DNA of 64,000 nucleotides from Candidatus Bathyarchaeota archaeon (GCA_963833125.1 CAWHWX010000005.1:1-64000); one strand, 5' to 3'. Counted from the stretch's first letter, positions 41,502-53,396 are shown. Numbers and translations are program-made. Notes: a model not told the origin generated them from the letters alone.

Positions 41502-42236
41502 TTACTTTTTCGCTGTCTTACCTCGTTTCTTCATCGCAAAGTACGCTACGGCTGCGATGATTACGATTACTAGGATTATGGCTGCTAGGGTTGTGGGGTC
41601 GGGACCGGTGCTCGTCGACTGCATGGTCGCAGTGGAAGTTTGCATCAGCGTCTGAACCATCTGCTGAGTCACCGTGGAGTACGCGACCATCGTAACCATT
41701 GTCGGAGCCGATGCGGAGAGGTTCGCGTTCACCTGTGCGACAACGGTTGAGGTTGCTAAGTTGTTCACGACCAAATCATACACGCCATCGGCGGGAATCG
41801 TAACCGTGAAGTTGTAGGACATTGTCCCTTTCTGGCTTGCGACCAGGCTTGCGGGCGTGCAGTTTCCGCCTGCGACGATCTGGTGGCTCCAAGCTTGAAA
41901 CGCCGGCGCCGTCATGAGATAAACGTCAACGTTACTGTTCGCGGAAACGGATCCACTCAAAACCGCATTCGCTGTCCCGTTGAACGCCTGAACAAAGTAG
42001 ACACCACACACACCATGCGTGCCAGGTATGGTGACGGACCCAGCGAAGACTGGCGTCGACCCTCCCTGAACCGTGGTTAAGGTCTGCGTTCCTAGGGTTA
42101 CAGTGCTCACTTGGCTACTCGTAGCGAGACTGGTGACAGTTATGGTTGAATACTGCTGGCTCTGCACGACCTGAGCAGCAGAAAGGAGAGCAACGACCAA
42201 GATGAGAGCGGTGATGAAGTGCTTCCCGTGATTCAT
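41502..42236 (-). CDS. Secreted, membrane-anchored protein with a GOLD/emp24-like beta domain
   Basis: Signal peptide, VDVYLM...GVYDLVVNN, Thr-rich linkers, C-terminal TM plus KKRGK. Confidence 0.75.
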   Translation of the reverse strand: MNHGKHFITALILVVALLSAAQVVQSQQYSTITVTSLATSSQVSTVTLGTQTLTTVQGGSTPVFAGSVTIPGTHGVCGVYFVQAFNGTANAVLSGSVSANSNVDVYLMTAPAFQAWSHQIVAGGNCTPASLVASQKGTMSYNFTVTIPADGVYDLVVNNLATSTVVAQVNANLSASAPTMVTMVAYSTVTQQMVQTLMQTSTATMQSTSTGPDPTTLAAIILVIVIIAAVAYFAMKKRGKTAKK

Positions 42237-42537
42237 GTTAACCGCGAAAAAACAGTAATGTTCTCCTTTTATGGCTACCGATAAGCCCAGAACTTGTGTG
42301 CTCCCCCGCTGAACCAGCTCGAAACAGGCTAGAATTCCCGGAAGTCACCCAATCTTGTCACTCAACCCCTGAAGGGCTGGTGACAACTTGGGCGGTTTTT
42401 GGGTGGGTGGCTCATGGGTGTGGGGGTCTTCGTGGAGGCGGGTTTGATGGGAATGTAGTCACTCTGTAACCACTCTCACGATAGAGTCGTCACACTGACC
42501 CGTTCTAGGCGATTGCGCTAACTTTTCTCGAAGAAAA

Positions 42538-43230
42538 ATGCGCAAAGCCGTCAGTTACCTCGTCCCGCTAATGCTACTGGCCCTCATGGCTCTAACCCCG
42601 GTTCACGCCTCAACCGAGCCCTCAATCCCAATCAACGGACGCTACTCAGTCTTAACGATCAAAATCTTCATCCCCACCTTCCCCAAGTGGGCGCATGATG
42701 TTGTTCTAAACGCAACCATCGCATGGAATAAGGCTCAGTTATGGAACCTCCAGAACAACCCCACCGCGACGTTGTACAATTTCGTTGAGACAGATGACGG
42801 CACCGCAACTTCAATCGTCAGCTTCTCAATGCCCGCTGCGTACGCTTCAATCGCGGTTGGTTGGACCATGTTCAAGTTTGCGCCGGGTTCACGAACCTCG
42901 ATAGTCTCAACCCAAACCTACCTCACCCCAACAGTCTTCAACGCTGCACAGGGCAGCAACGCGACTGCGAGGAGCTATGCGTTTTGGCTCGCCCTACATG
43001 AGCTCGGCAGGATTCTGGGTTTGGGTAGCATACTCGATGGGAAAGACATTATGGAACCAAGGTACACCACCGCTAGAATTACCCAAGTACCAAAGCTCTC
43101 GACACTCGACCTCTACGCAATACATGTACTGGCCCAAGGCAGTGCCCCGACCTTCGTAACCCTACCCGACGGAGTCCAAGACCAATTCACTCCGGTGACG
43201 ACCTTCCTCGAGTCGTCCCCATCTAGCTGA
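42538..43230 (+). CDS. Secreted matrixin/metzincin-like protein with a degenerate Zn motif
   Basis: Signal peptide, AWNKAQ, LHELGRILGLGS, Met-turn DIMEP, STLDLYA. Confidence 0.75.
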   Translation: MRKAVSYLVPLMLLALMALTPVHASTEPSIPINGRYSVLTIKIFIPTFPKWAHDVVLNATIAWNKAQLWNLQNNPTATLYNFVETDDGTATSIVSFSMPAAYASIAVGWTMFKFAPGSRTSIVSTQTYLTPTVFNAAQGSNATARSYAFWLALHELGRILGLGSILDGKDIMEPRYTTARITQVPKLSTLDLYAIHVLAQGSAPTFVTLPDGVQDQFTPVTTFLESSPSS

Positions 43231-43328
43231 TACCGCCTAAGCAAGGAAGATATTCCACAGCCTTTTCGCCCAGTCCAGTTGGTAAGCGCCTTTCCTTGTT
43301 CTTGTCAATTAGCAAGTAAGCAGACCGT

Positions 43329-43649
43329 ATGGCTCATATGGAACCAACGGGATTTCCCTCTCTGTCACCTATGTCAGATAGAGTTACGGTAGAAAGGAAG
43401 GAGTTCGAGGGCTTCCTAGCTGAAAACCAGAAACTCCTCGACCGCTCCCAATCACTGATGAACAGGATAGACCAGTTGGAGAACGAGAATAAGCAGTTAC
43501 GGGATGAAGTTCAGATGGCACGAGCAAAGCTTGAGTCCATAGAATCAAACATAGCCAACAATACCCGTCAGGGTGATGACGCGCTGAGAAAAGCCCGGGA
43601 AACTATGTCCCGGCTAGCTAAAGAAGCCGACAAACGAACATCCAAGTAA
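43329..43649 (+). CDS. Coiled-coil hypothetical protein
   Basis: Heptad pattern throughout. Confidence 0.7.
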   Translation: MAHMEPTGFPSLSPMSDRVTVERKEFEGFLAENQKLLDRSQSLMNRIDQLENENKQLRDEVQMARAKLESIESNIANNTRQGDDALRKARETMSRLAKEADKRTSK

Positions 43650-43687
43650 GCAAAGTACAACGTTAGTCGCAGAAAACTACGGCCCTC

Positions 43688-44239
43688 TCACACTCCACGC
43701 CCGCAACGATCACAAAACCTATCCGCCGCAGTGAGCGGGCGTCCGCAAACACAGACCAATCCTCCGAAATCAGCACCACAGCCCTGACAGTATCTTGTGG
43801 ATCGCACTATCTGGGAACCACAACGGCTACAGGCTGCGACCGGTTGCTGCTTGCTTAGAATCCCTGGCCGCATCCCCGTCGAAGAACTACTGGCGAGTTC
43901 CAGCTTGCTCTTCAACCGATTCAGAAAACCGCCCTTAACTTCCCCTACTGGTCGTACCTCTGGAATCTTCATAGACAGCTGCCTGGAGGCTTTCTCACTT
44001 TGCACCGCTTTCTTTTCAGAGGTGGCTAATGCTTGAAGTCTGCTCTCATCCATGTCCAGAATATTCAGCAGAAGTCTATACTTCTTCTCGAAGTGAGAGA
44101 GTTCCTCAAGAAACGCTTTCCATTCGGTCTCTTCGACCTGGATAAAGGAGTCCAAAGGCTTCTTCGCGTGAAGGTCTAAGCCTACTCTTAGAAAAGTATG
44201 ACGCACGAAACCTATGGAAAAGTAAAAGTGTAGTAACAA
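43688..44239 (-). CDS. Double zinc-ribbon domain protein
   Basis: CSRCG..YCQGCG..CVCG..FCDRCG; start uncertain. Confidence 0.7.
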   Translation of the reverse strand: MLLHFYFSIGFVRHTFLRVGLDLHAKKPLDSFIQVEETEWKAFLEELSHFEKKYRLLLNILDMDESRLQALATSEKKAVQSEKASRQLSMKIPEVRPVGEVKGGFLNRLKSKLELASSSSTGMRPGILSKQQPVAACSRCGSQIVRSTRYCQGCGADFGGLVCVCGRPLTAADRFCDRCGRGV

Positions 44240-44282
44240 GCCAGGAACAAGGGGTCGGGCGTCGGTTTGATCTGATTATGAG

Positions 44283-44985
44283 TTGCGGAATTTGAGTGAG
44301 AAGCACCTGAAAGGAGCGGAGGCTATCCTGAAGCGGAGTTTGAGTGATAGGGATCTCTCTAACGAAATTACGCTTTCAGCGAGGATTAGCCCGGCCTTAC
44401 CCGCGGGAGGGGTGCACTTTGATTGTCTATTGAAGGACCGGCAGGGAACCCTGTCCACATCGGCTGTGTTCTCAGGAACCTTAAGTCGCAGGAAACCCTT
44501 CACCGGGTTGCCTTGACGGAAACTATTTCGAGAACGTAGAATTCCAATCCCTCAACATCTCCCTAACCGATACAGGCCTCGATGTTCCACTCTTCAAGAT
44601 TCTAGGAGAACTAATCCCAACGGGGGGAAACTTCCTAGTAACCTACACGCCAAGTTCCGAAGACTCGCGAGCCCATAAAGAAACCGACCGGGCTTTGGGA
44701 AGAGGTTATCCTCCCGTAGTCACACCCATCGGCTACCTACTATTCCTTGCAGACTGCGGCATCGGACTTCAAGACATACGCTCAACAGAAAATGGACGCG
44801 TTGGAACCGGCAAACTACAGGGGCGCAGAGCGATGAACGCGGAAGAAAGGAAGAAGAACGGGTTATCTTTGATCCGTGAACTCCACCATTTCATGGGTAC
44901 CAAGTCTGAGGTTGATGAACTCGCACGCGCGTGCAGAACGAGAGCATTCGCAACGATAGAGAAAATTCATGCCACGAGCGGCTGA
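44283..44985 (+). CDS. DUF1122-family protein, frameshifted
   Basis: AVFSGTLS...; RGYPPVVTPIGYLLFLA; KLQG motif. Confidence 0.6.
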
Positions 44986-45027
44986 ACCTAACATTCCAGC
45001 CGAATCGGCTTAGTTCTCGTTAACAGT

Positions 45028-45846
45028 TCACGCGGGTTCTCGAGTTTGCTTTCCCGGCTTGCTTCGCCAGACCTCATCGAAGAGTCTCTCAGAGAGCTCA
45101 ACAAGCGGTCTATTCGTGGTCCACACCGCAACATCAGACCCCTGATCAGTTCTAGCATCATCTGGCATACAGTCCAAAACCACCAATTCTCTTGAGTCCA
45201 CGCAAACGAAAATCGGAAGCGGTTCTTGGGTGGATCTGAAATCAACAATTTCAGAGAACTCATTCACTAGCGCAGAGTTCTCGGATGTTACGGGGGATAG
45301 TACCCTTACCTTCGCTCCCTGCTTAGCCGCATGTTCCAGGGCATTAGCGTGCACTCTGTAAGCTCGAATCAGTCCAGCTGAACTTGTTGAGTAGCTGATT
45401 GACTTCGAGGCGTCTTTCATAAGTTGATTCAGTTTATTGTAAATGCTTTTTCTCCCATCAACCTTCCAAAACTGGTCTGACTGTGTAGGGGTATCGCGCT
45501 TCACATACTTGCTAGATTCGTAAGTCATCGCAAGCGACTGTACGACCTGCTCGGAATCCTTAACGTCATGATCGAGCCGGGTGACTATGGGCATTAGAGC
45601 TTCTAGCGGTGAACCTGGGGAATAGATCTCTGGTTTCCCAGGCGTTATGCTAACCAATCCCTTTCGCTGAAGCTCCTTTATCGCACCGTAAGTTTTTGTG
45701 CGGGGAACTTGGCTGAAAAAACTTAGTTGGCTGGCTTTGATTGGCCCATTCCTCAGGAGCGCGAGGTAGAGTCGAGACTCGTACTCAGTCAGACCTAGTC
45801 TACGTAGAGCGGTAATCTCACTTTCTTCAGCTCCCAAGCAAAACAA
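45028..45846 (-). CDS. TrmB-family transcriptional regulator
   Basis: LGLTEYESRLYLALL...SQVPRTKTYGAIKELQRKGLV; C-terminal effector domain. Confidence 0.9.
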   Translation of the reverse strand: MFCLGAEESEITALRRLGLTEYESRLYLALLRNGPIKASQLSFFSQVPRTKTYGAIKELQRKGLVSITPGKPEIYSPGSPLEALMPIVTRLDHDVKDSEQVVQSLAMTYESSKYVKRDTPTQSDQFWKVDGRKSIYNKLNQLMKDASKSISYSTSSAGLIRAYRVHANALEHAAKQGAKVRVLSPVTSENSALVNEFSEIVDFRSTQEPLPIFVCVDSRELVVLDCMPDDARTDQGSDVAVWTTNRPLVELSERLFDEVWRSKPGKQTREPA

Positions 45847-46328
45847 CCCAAGTGCGTTGGCTCATCCTGGAGCGAAGCGAGATCATCTTTCCGACATATA
45901 TTGGCACTATGGTTGAGGCCGCAACGAAAATGTCCAAGAAACATCCGTCTTCAGGTTAGTTGCGCCCACATAATCACCTACGGCTATTCTTGTACAAATG
46001 CCGCCCCTAGAGCACGGCATTCTTGACTAGACTTCGTGAGGGTGCAAACACAAACTAATGGAGGCACACATCGAGGAGCATCCAAATTCAGGTAACGCAT
46101 CCATAGGGGCTTCAGATCGTGGACTCAGTCGAACCGGAGAATCGCATCGAATCCGAATAGAACCGAGTGCGATTGCTCGTGCGACGAATGTATCAAAGGC
46201 GACCACGCGAATTGCCAGCTCGGCCTATGCTGGCCTTCCTGGCCCGTCTAGAAAGTTCCTGGCGAGAGGGTCGCCAAATCAGCAAGAAACGAGTATGCTT
46301 CACGGCTGCAAAATCTCAAAAATAATTC

Positions 46329-46832
46329 TCACGTGGAGTGCTGAAATACTTCTGCGAATTCGCCGCCGGTCAACTCTTTCAACTTCTTCGGGTCGATTCC
46401 GAAGACGGCGTTAGGCGTTCCGGCCGCGGCGTAGACTACCTGGAAACGCATTAGGCTGGGATCCAAAATCGTTCTTAGCGGATTATCGTGCGCTACGGGT
46501 GGGACACCGCCGACGGGGAAACCGGTAACCTGCTTCACCGTCTTCGCATCTGCGATCTTCACCTTTCCCTTCCCCACTCGATCAGCCAGCTTCTCGAGGT
46601 CTACTCTATTCGACCCACTTGCGATAACCAAGATCGGTTGTTGGTCATCTACGATGAAGACGAGAGATTTGGCGATCTGGGCTACTTCACATCCAATCGC
46701 TGCGGCAGCCAACTCGGAAGTTCGAGTAGATTTATCGAATGTTACGATTTCGATGTCTATTCCACGTGATTTGATGAAGTTCTGAACCAGCAACGAATTG
46801 TCGTTAATCGCCACGTTCGCACCTTCTTCCAA
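46329..46832 (-). CDS. YbaK/EbsC aminoacyl-tRNA editing protein
   Basis: QIAKSLVF, TGFPVGGVPP, AAAGTPN. Confidence 0.92.
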   Translation of the reverse strand: MEEGANVAINDNSLLVQNFIKSRGIDIEIVTFDKSTRTSELAAAAIGCEVAQIAKSLVFIVDDQQPILVIASGSNRVDLEKLADRVGKGKVKIADAKTVKQVTGFPVGGVPPVAHDNPLRTILDPSLMRFQVVYAAAGTPNAVFGIDPKKLKELTGGEFAEVFQHST

Positions 46833-46906
46833 GTGTCTACTGGTTCAGTTGTCTTGATACGCACATTGAACGGACAACTCTTTCCTGTATACAGAAAAAT
46901 ATCGGT

Positions 46907-46928
46907 AGGCCTGACTCAAATCAGGCCT
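46907..46928 (-). terminator. Hairpin downstream of sod
   Basis: AGGCCTGA-ctcaaa-TCAGGCCT, perfect 8-bp stem. Confidence 0.4.
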
Positions 46929-46957
46929 CTCGATTGAGGTAGGTTTCTAAACGGTTT

Positions 46958-47566
46958 CTAGTGCTTTGCTTTGGTGAAGCGTTGGTCAACATCTGACCAG
47001 TTTACTACGTCCCACCACTTGTCGACGTAGGCGCCTCTGTCGTTCTTGTACTGTAAATAGTACGCGTGCTCCCAGACGTCGATGCCTAGGAGTATTGGGA
47101 GTTGGGCGAGGTGCATGAAGTTTTGTTTCTCGACTTGTGTGAGGACAAGTTGGTCGGTGGTGTTGTCGTAGAGTAGTAGGGCCCAGCCTGAGCCTTCGAC
47201 TGCTTTAGCTGCGTCGCCGAATTGTTGTTTGAATTTGTCGAAGCCGCCGAAGTCTGCTTTGATCTTGTCGCCTACGGCGCCGCCTGGTGTTCCGCCTCCT
47301 TTGCCTGGGGGCGCCATGTTCGGCCAGAAGATGCTGTGGAGGATGTGGCCTCCAAAGTGGAAGCTGTAGTCCCTCAGAACTGCTTTGATGTCAATCTGGG
47401 CTTCGCCCTTGCGGGCTTTGTCAAGTTTGTCGAGCGCGGCGTTTGCACCATTCACGTAGGCTGCGTGGTGCTTGTCATGGTGGAGCGTCATTATCTCTTG
47501 CGAGATAACTGGTTCGAGCGCGTTGTACTTGTACGGTAATTCCGGAAGAGTGTATTTGTTTGGCAT
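46958..47566 (-). CDS. sod: Fe/Mn superoxide dismutase
   Basis: YTLPELPY, HHDKHHAAY, GSGW, DVWEHAYY. Confidence 0.97.
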   Translation of the reverse strand: MPNKYTLPELPYKYNALEPVISQEIMTLHHDKHHAAYVNGANAALDKLDKARKGEAQIDIKAVLRDYSFHFGGHILHSIFWPNMAPPGKGGGTPGGAVGDKIKADFGGFDKFKQQFGDAAKAVEGSGWALLLYDNTTDQLVLTQVEKQNFMHLAQLPILLGIDVWEHAYYLQYKNDRGAYVDKWWDVVNWSDVDQRFTKAKH

Positions 47567-47664
47567 AAGCTCAGAGGGTTGCGTCACGAAACATAAACCT
47601 TTCACCGAACCGGAATGGGGTTATGCGGTGATACGGTTATTCGAGCAAGCGAAACATCCGTAGT

Positions 47665-48072
47665 CTAGACTAGCTGCTTGACTTCTTCCGTAACCGCTTG
47701 TCCAAGGTGTCCGTAAACCGCCAGTTTCAGAACCTTCAAACCGAGTAAGGCGCATTTTATTCGTGTCGGGCCGGGGTCAATGCCTAGAAGTTCTAGAACA
47801 TTTGGCTTACCCATTGCTTTGACGTCGTCGAGTGTCTTTCCTTTGGCAACTTCGGTAAGCATAGAGGCTGATGCTTGGCTGATGGCGCATCCTTTTCCTT
47901 TGAAGCGTATGTCATCGATCTTGTTGTCTTTGATTTTGAGTTGCATTTCGATAATGTCTCCACACAGCGGGTTCGAATCCTTTGCCCGCACGTCAGGGTC
48001 GGGTAGGTCGCCGAAGTTGCGCGGGTTCCTGTAGTAGTCTAGGATAATGTCCTTGTAGATGTCAGAACTCAT
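47665..48072 (-). CDS. sufU: SufU/IscU Fe-S scaffold
   Basis: NPRNFG, NPLCGD, GCAISQASAS, RIKCALL. Confidence 0.93.
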   Translation of the reverse strand: MSSDIYKDIILDYYRNPRNFGDLPDPDVRAKDSNPLCGDIIEMQLKIKDNKIDDIRFKGKGCAISQASASMLTEVAKGKTLDDVKAMGKPNVLELLGIDPGPTRIKCALLGLKVLKLAVYGHLGQAVTEEVKQLV

Positions 48073-49318
48073 CGCGCAAATAGCTTCCTGGCTTTCTCGA
48101 GAGCGTCAATGAACACGTCAACCTCTTCCTTGGTGTTGTAAATATAGAAACTTGCCCTTGAAGTGGCTGGCAATTCAAGGAATTCCATCAGGGGCTGAGC
48201 GCAATGGTGACCAGATCTAATGGCTATTCCCTCTTCGTCGAGGATAGAGGCGAGGTCATGCGGGTGAATGTCGCCTAAATTGAATGAAACCACACCGACT
48301 CTGCGCCCCACATCAATCGGCCCATACAAGGTTAGGCCTTCCACCTCCCTCATCCGTTCAAGTGCGTAGCCTGTGATCTCTTTCTCGTGATCATGCACGT
48401 TTCGCATCCCAATTCCTCGGAGATAGTCAACTGCCGCTCCAAGCCCGATGGCTCCTGAGATGTTAGGCGTCCCTGCTTCGAACTTGTAGGGGGGCTCCTT
48501 CCAAGAGGCCTCAGTTGTGTGTACTTCCCGAATCATCTCGCCACCGCCAAGAAATGGTGGCATACTCTCGAGTAACTCCGTCTTTCCATAAAGGCCCCGA
48601 TACCGGTAGGGCCAAGCATCTTGTGACCGGAAAAGGCGGCGAAATCGCAGTCAATATCCCTAACGTCAACCGTCATGTGGGGCACCGATTGAGCGGCATC
48701 AATCAAGAACATCGCGCCGTAACGGTGGGCTACTCGCCCAATCTCATTAACCTGGTTTATCGTCCCGAGCACGTTCGAGGCATGTGTCACGCAGACGATC
48801 TTCGTCTTCTCATCAACAAGTTCGTGAATCTCATCCTGACGGAGTTCTCCTGTCTGATCGATTTTGACAAACTCAATTTTCGCACCCTTCTCTTTGGCCA
48901 GTAATTGCCAAGGGACGATGTTGCTGTGGTGTTCCATGATCGTCAGAACGATCTTATCCCCGGGGCTAATGTTTGCTCGGCCCCAAGAGTACGCTACTAG
49001 GTTAATCGCTTCGGTCGCATTTCGGGTAAAGATAATTTCTTGGGTTCGCTTGGCGTTGACGAACTTCGCAACCTTCTCCCTGGCCTCCTCATGCGCAAGC
49101 GTTGCTTCCTCTGCGAGTTTGTGAATCCCTCGATGGATGTTGGCATTGTATTCTCGATAGTACCTGCCGATTGCGTCAATCACGACGTTCGGTTTCTGAG
49201 AGGTGGCCGCATTATCGAAATAGACGAGTGGTTTGTCGTTGACCTGGCGCTTCAGGACTGGGAAGTCCTCTCGAATCCTTGCCACATTTATCGCACTGAG
49301 CTTTTCAACCAACGCCAT
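48069..49318 (-). CDS. sufS: Cysteine desulfurase SufS (frameshift near 48590)
   Basis: YFDNAATSQKP, EHHSN, SGHKMLGPTGIG, RSGHHCAQP. Confidence 0.95.
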
Positions 49319-49396
49319 ATCACACGAATCTTAGTTGCGGTGGAGACATTATCGACTTCGAGGCGATATAAGCTCTCCAACCGGTCCACAGAGGTG

Positions 49397-49705
49397 TTAA
49401 ACCTGAACGTATACGCTTGTCCCTTCAACCTTCAAGCCGTAAGTCTTCAGAGGCACGGTGGCCGGTGGGTTTTGCACTTCTCCAGTTATCACGTCAAACC
49501 GCGAGAGATGGAGAGGACAGGTTACCACGGAACCGATTAGGAAACCCGTAGAGAGATCGGCAGTCTCATGGGTACACACCCGGTCCGTAGCGTTCAATTT
49601 TCCATCCACGTTAACGATCATAAGCTTCTTGTCCCCTAGATCCACTGCACGCATAGATCCCGCCGGAACGTCAGAAACTTCGCAAACCTTCACATAACCA
49701 CTCAT
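49397..49705 (-). CDS. Rieske-type ferredoxin
   Basis: CTHE...CPLH motifs. Confidence 0.92.
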   Translation of the reverse strand: MSGYVKVCEVSDVPAGSMRAVDLGDKKLMIVNVDGKLNATDRVCTHETADLSTGFLIGSVVTCPLHLSRFDVITGEVQNPPATVPLKTYGLKVEGTSVYVQV

Positions 49706-49920
49706 TCTGGACAGCTCCCCCTCATTCAAGGCCGCCGGCATTCCATATTAGAAAAGTTACGCCAATTAAGTGCAACAGATTTTCCATTATCGAGTCTGTA
49801 CCATTCACTTGTATGAATGCGATTCTGAGATATCGGAGTCACAGCCTAATCCAAGTAAGGACTTAGTCGGAGAATCCCGATAAGTCTTTAATCCATTCAA
49901 ATCCCTAGCGGAAGCTTGTA

Positions 49921-50475
49921 TTGCTGATGAGTCAGAAAAGGGAAATTGCAACCCTAGCTGGAGGGTGCTTCTGGTGCACGGAAGCAGTATTCACGGAGTT
50001 GAAGGGCGTCGAGCAAGTTGAGTCAGGTTACGCTGGCGGGACTGTGCCAAATCCGACTTATGATCAAGTCTGCACGGGCAGAACGGGGCACGCGGAAGCG
50101 GTTCAAGTTACCTTTGATCCATCAATAATCTCTTACGAAGAGCTTCTGAAGATCTTCTTCACGGTCCACGACCCGACAACCCTCAACAGGCAGGGAGCGG
50201 ACGTGGGGACTCAATATCGCTCGGCAATTTTCTGCCACGATGATCAGCAGAAGTCAGTAGCGCAACAGGTCGTAAGTGAGGTCACGGCAGCAAAGCTTTG
50301 GAAGGCGCCTATAGTGACGCAGATTGAACCGTTCCACGCCTTTTACAAAGCGGAAGCCTATCACATGGATTACTTCAAGAATAACCCACGCCAACCCTAC
50401 TGCCAAATGGTTATCGCGCCGAAAGTGAGGAAGTTCCGGGAACACTACATGGAGAAGCTAAAGAGCCAGGTTTAG
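49921..50475 (+). CDS. msrA: Peptide methionine sulfoxide reductase A
   Basis: GGCFWC, GHAEAVQ, NRQGADVGTQYRS. Confidence 0.96.
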   Translation: MLMSQKREIATLAGGCFWCTEAVFTELKGVEQVESGYAGGTVPNPTYDQVCTGRTGHAEAVQVTFDPSIISYEELLKIFFTVHDPTTLNRQGADVGTQYRSAIFCHDDQQKSVAQQVVSEVTAAKLWKAPIVTQIEPFHAFYKAEAYHMDYFKNNPRQPYCQMVIAPKVRKFREHYMEKLKSQV

Positions 50476-51889
50476 CGGTACTTGTAGTGTCCCTCGAATA
50501 TGTCTCTGGTTTTGTGTCCTTCTTCGTAGTATTCATCGTCGAATGCCGGGACCGTTAGGGAAGAAGTGAAGTCGTAGATTCCCGACCACTTTAGGTCGAG
50601 GATCCGTCGAATCCGTTTCGCGATCTCCGGTACTGGTATTCGTTCGACTATTGGTTCGAAGAATCCAACTATGATGAGTTTCTTCGAGTCGTCTTCTGAT
50701 AGGCCTCTCGACATGAGATAGAATATTTCTTCCTCATTGATTTGGGCAACTGACGCCGAATGAGTGGCTTTCACGTCGTTGGTGTCAATTTCAAGCCCGG
50801 GTATGGCGTCGGCTAAAGCATCCTTCCCAAGTATCATTGCATGCTCCGCGAGATAGGCCCGGGAGTTTTTGGCGTTTTTATCGATTCTAATCATGCCTTT
50901 GAAAATGGCTCTTGACTTGTCCTTGACCACCCCTTTCGAGATGGCGTGGCCGCTGGTGTTTGGTCCGCTATGGGTTATGTTCGAAACGGTATCGAAGCGT
51001 TGTGTGCCCGCTCCAAACACGACCTCAACATTCTCAGAAGATGCGCCTGATTCTTTCATTACGCTCTCAATTCGAGAACGTGTAAACGCCCCGCCCAACA
51101 ACCCGGACGCCCAAACCATCTTGGTGTCTTGTTTCCCGATCGATTTCTTGTTCGAGAACACGTTTACGCTTTGGCCAAGGTTATTGATGCTGCCGTAGGT
51201 AACTTCTGCCCCATCGTGTAGATAGACCTCCGAGAGGTTGCTGTAGGTTGATTTTCTCGATTGAGCAGTCAGACGGGTCGAGTAGAGTTCTTCAATAATC
51301 GTGAACTTGCTCCGATTTTCCGCCATCACGAGATTCTGGGCGAAAACTCCGCTGTCTTCAGAGTCGAGTATGGTTACAAATCTGAATGGGACGGTTACCT
51401 CAATGCCTTTCGGGACGCGCAGGTAGAATCCTGAGGTGAAGAGGGCGTTGTTCAGCGCTGCGAACTTGTCTTCCTCTGGGAGTATTGCTTTCTCTAGGAA
51501 GTAACGATGGAAAGTTTCCGGTTCGTTGTGAATCGCGGTTCCTATGTCTGTGAAGGTGACGCCTTCCTTTCGGAGGGCTTCAGGTATCTCCGCGGGAAAG
51601 TTTTCGATTCGATCTGGAATATGGTGAGAGCTCTGTCCGATTTCAGCTTGTCCATAACTGTTTCAATTTGTGCCTTCGCAGGTTCCGTAGGGGTTAGAGT
51701 TGTAGATTCAAAGTCGACTCCGGCCAAGTCCACATACTTGGTGTAGAGGTTGGAGGTCTCGGCTGGCAGTTTTCGGTAGAGGTTGAGTGACTTGAGGCGG
51801 AATTCCTGCAACCATTCCGGTTCCTTCCTCGATTCTGCCAGCGAGCGGATGTACTGGTCGGTTGCTTGGGTCAGCGTCAACGTTGACAT
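50472..51889 (-). CDS. sufD: Fe-S assembly protein SufD (frameshift near 51590)
   Basis: [46 protein letters not shown]. Confidence 0.92.
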
Positions 51890-51944
51890 TAGTATGCACT
51901 GCCTCGGGCAGGGGAGGTCGGTACAGATTAAAGGAGGGTTTGGT

Positions 51945-53349
51945 TTAGCCGACTGAGCCGGCCATTTCCATTTGGATGAGCCTGTTCAATTCGATGGCGT
52001 ATTCCATTGGTAGTTCCTTTGTGAATGGTTCCATGAATCCCATGACGATCATGCTGAGTGCCTCTTGCTCTGATAAGTCCGCGGGACATGAGGTAGAATA
52101 GTTGGTCTTCGCCGATCTTGCCCACTGATGCCTCATGGGTAGTTGTAGCGTCGTCTTCGTTGATCTCGTTGTAGGGGTAAGTATCCGTCCTTGAAAATTC
52201 ATCAAGCAGTAGGGCGTCGCATCTGACGGTTGATCTAACCTGCTTAGCTCCCTTGGCGACGTGGAGGAGGCCTCGGTAGGTAGTCCTACCCCCATCCTTT
52301 GAGACTGATTTGGAAGTAATTCGAGAAGTTGTGCGTGGGGCGAGGTGTACGACCTTTCCGCCGGCGTCTTGGTGTTGGCCTTTGCCAGCAAATGCAACTG
52401 AGAGAATCTCTCCTTTCGCTCCTGGTCCGAGCAAGTAGATTGATGGATATTTCATCGTGAGTTTGCTGCCGAGGTTTCCGTCAACCCATTCAACAGTCGC
52501 GTTGGCGTATGCGTAGGCTCGCTTCGTGACCAAGTTGTAGACGTCACCAGACCAATTCTGGATAGTTGTGTAACGCACGGACGCGCCAGGTCTAGCTATA
52601 ATCTCAACCACCGCTGAGTGCAGTGAATCAGTGGAGTAAATTGGGGCTGTACAACCTTCTATGTAGTGAACGCGGCTGTTCTCATCGGCTATGATGAGCG
52701 TTCGCTCAAACTGGCCCATGTTCTGCGTGTTGATTCTGAAATATGCCTGAAGCGGCACATCAACTGTAACGCCTGGTGGCACATAGATGAAACTTCCGCC
52801 ACTCCAAACCGCGCTGTTCAATGCTGCGAACTTGTTGTCTTCGGGTGGAACGACGGTCCCGAAATATTTCTTGAAGATTTCCGGGTTTTCACGTAAAGCC
52901 GTGTCGGTGTCCTTGAAAATGATTCCTTTCTTCGCGAGGTCGTCTCTGAGGCTGTGGTAAACGACTTCAGATTCGTACTGAGCTCCAACGCCACCCAAGA
53001 ACTTCTGCTCGGCTTCTGGTATGCCTAGTTTGTCGAAGGTGTTCTTGATGTACGGGGGCACGTCCTCCCATGAACGGCTTTTCTTCTCGGTAGGGCTTGC
53101 GTAATACAACATTTCGTCGAACTTGAGAGTGGTAAGGTCCCCGCCCCACATGGGTAAGGGCCTCTTCAAGTAATGATCATAAGCGCGCAGCCTGAACTGG
53201 AGCATCCAGTCAGGTTCCTTCTTGATCTTAGAAATTCTCTCGACAACTTCTCTGGTCAATCCCGGCGGAAACTTATACTCGTAATCTTCGGTGGAGTCTC
53301 TAAAGTTATACTTAGTATAGTCAATGTCGAGAGTTTGTTTAGTTGCCAT
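51945..53349 (-). CDS. sufB: Fe-S assembly protein SufB (frameshift near 52075)
   Basis: [38 protein letters not shown]. Confidence 0.96.
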
Positions 53350-53370
53350 CGTTAATCACTGAGCCCCTCC

Positions 53371-53386
53371 TATGACATACGTTATA
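53371..53386. promoter_or_regulatory. TATGAC-N4-GTTAT operator, copy upstream of sufB
   Basis: TATGACATACGTTATA. Confidence 0.65.
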
Positions 53387-53396
53387 AGTGTTCCCT

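Noticed and set aside
46058-46414. 118-aa ORF between trmB and ybaK
   Set aside because: No motifs, overlaps ybaK antisense, and has atypical composition.
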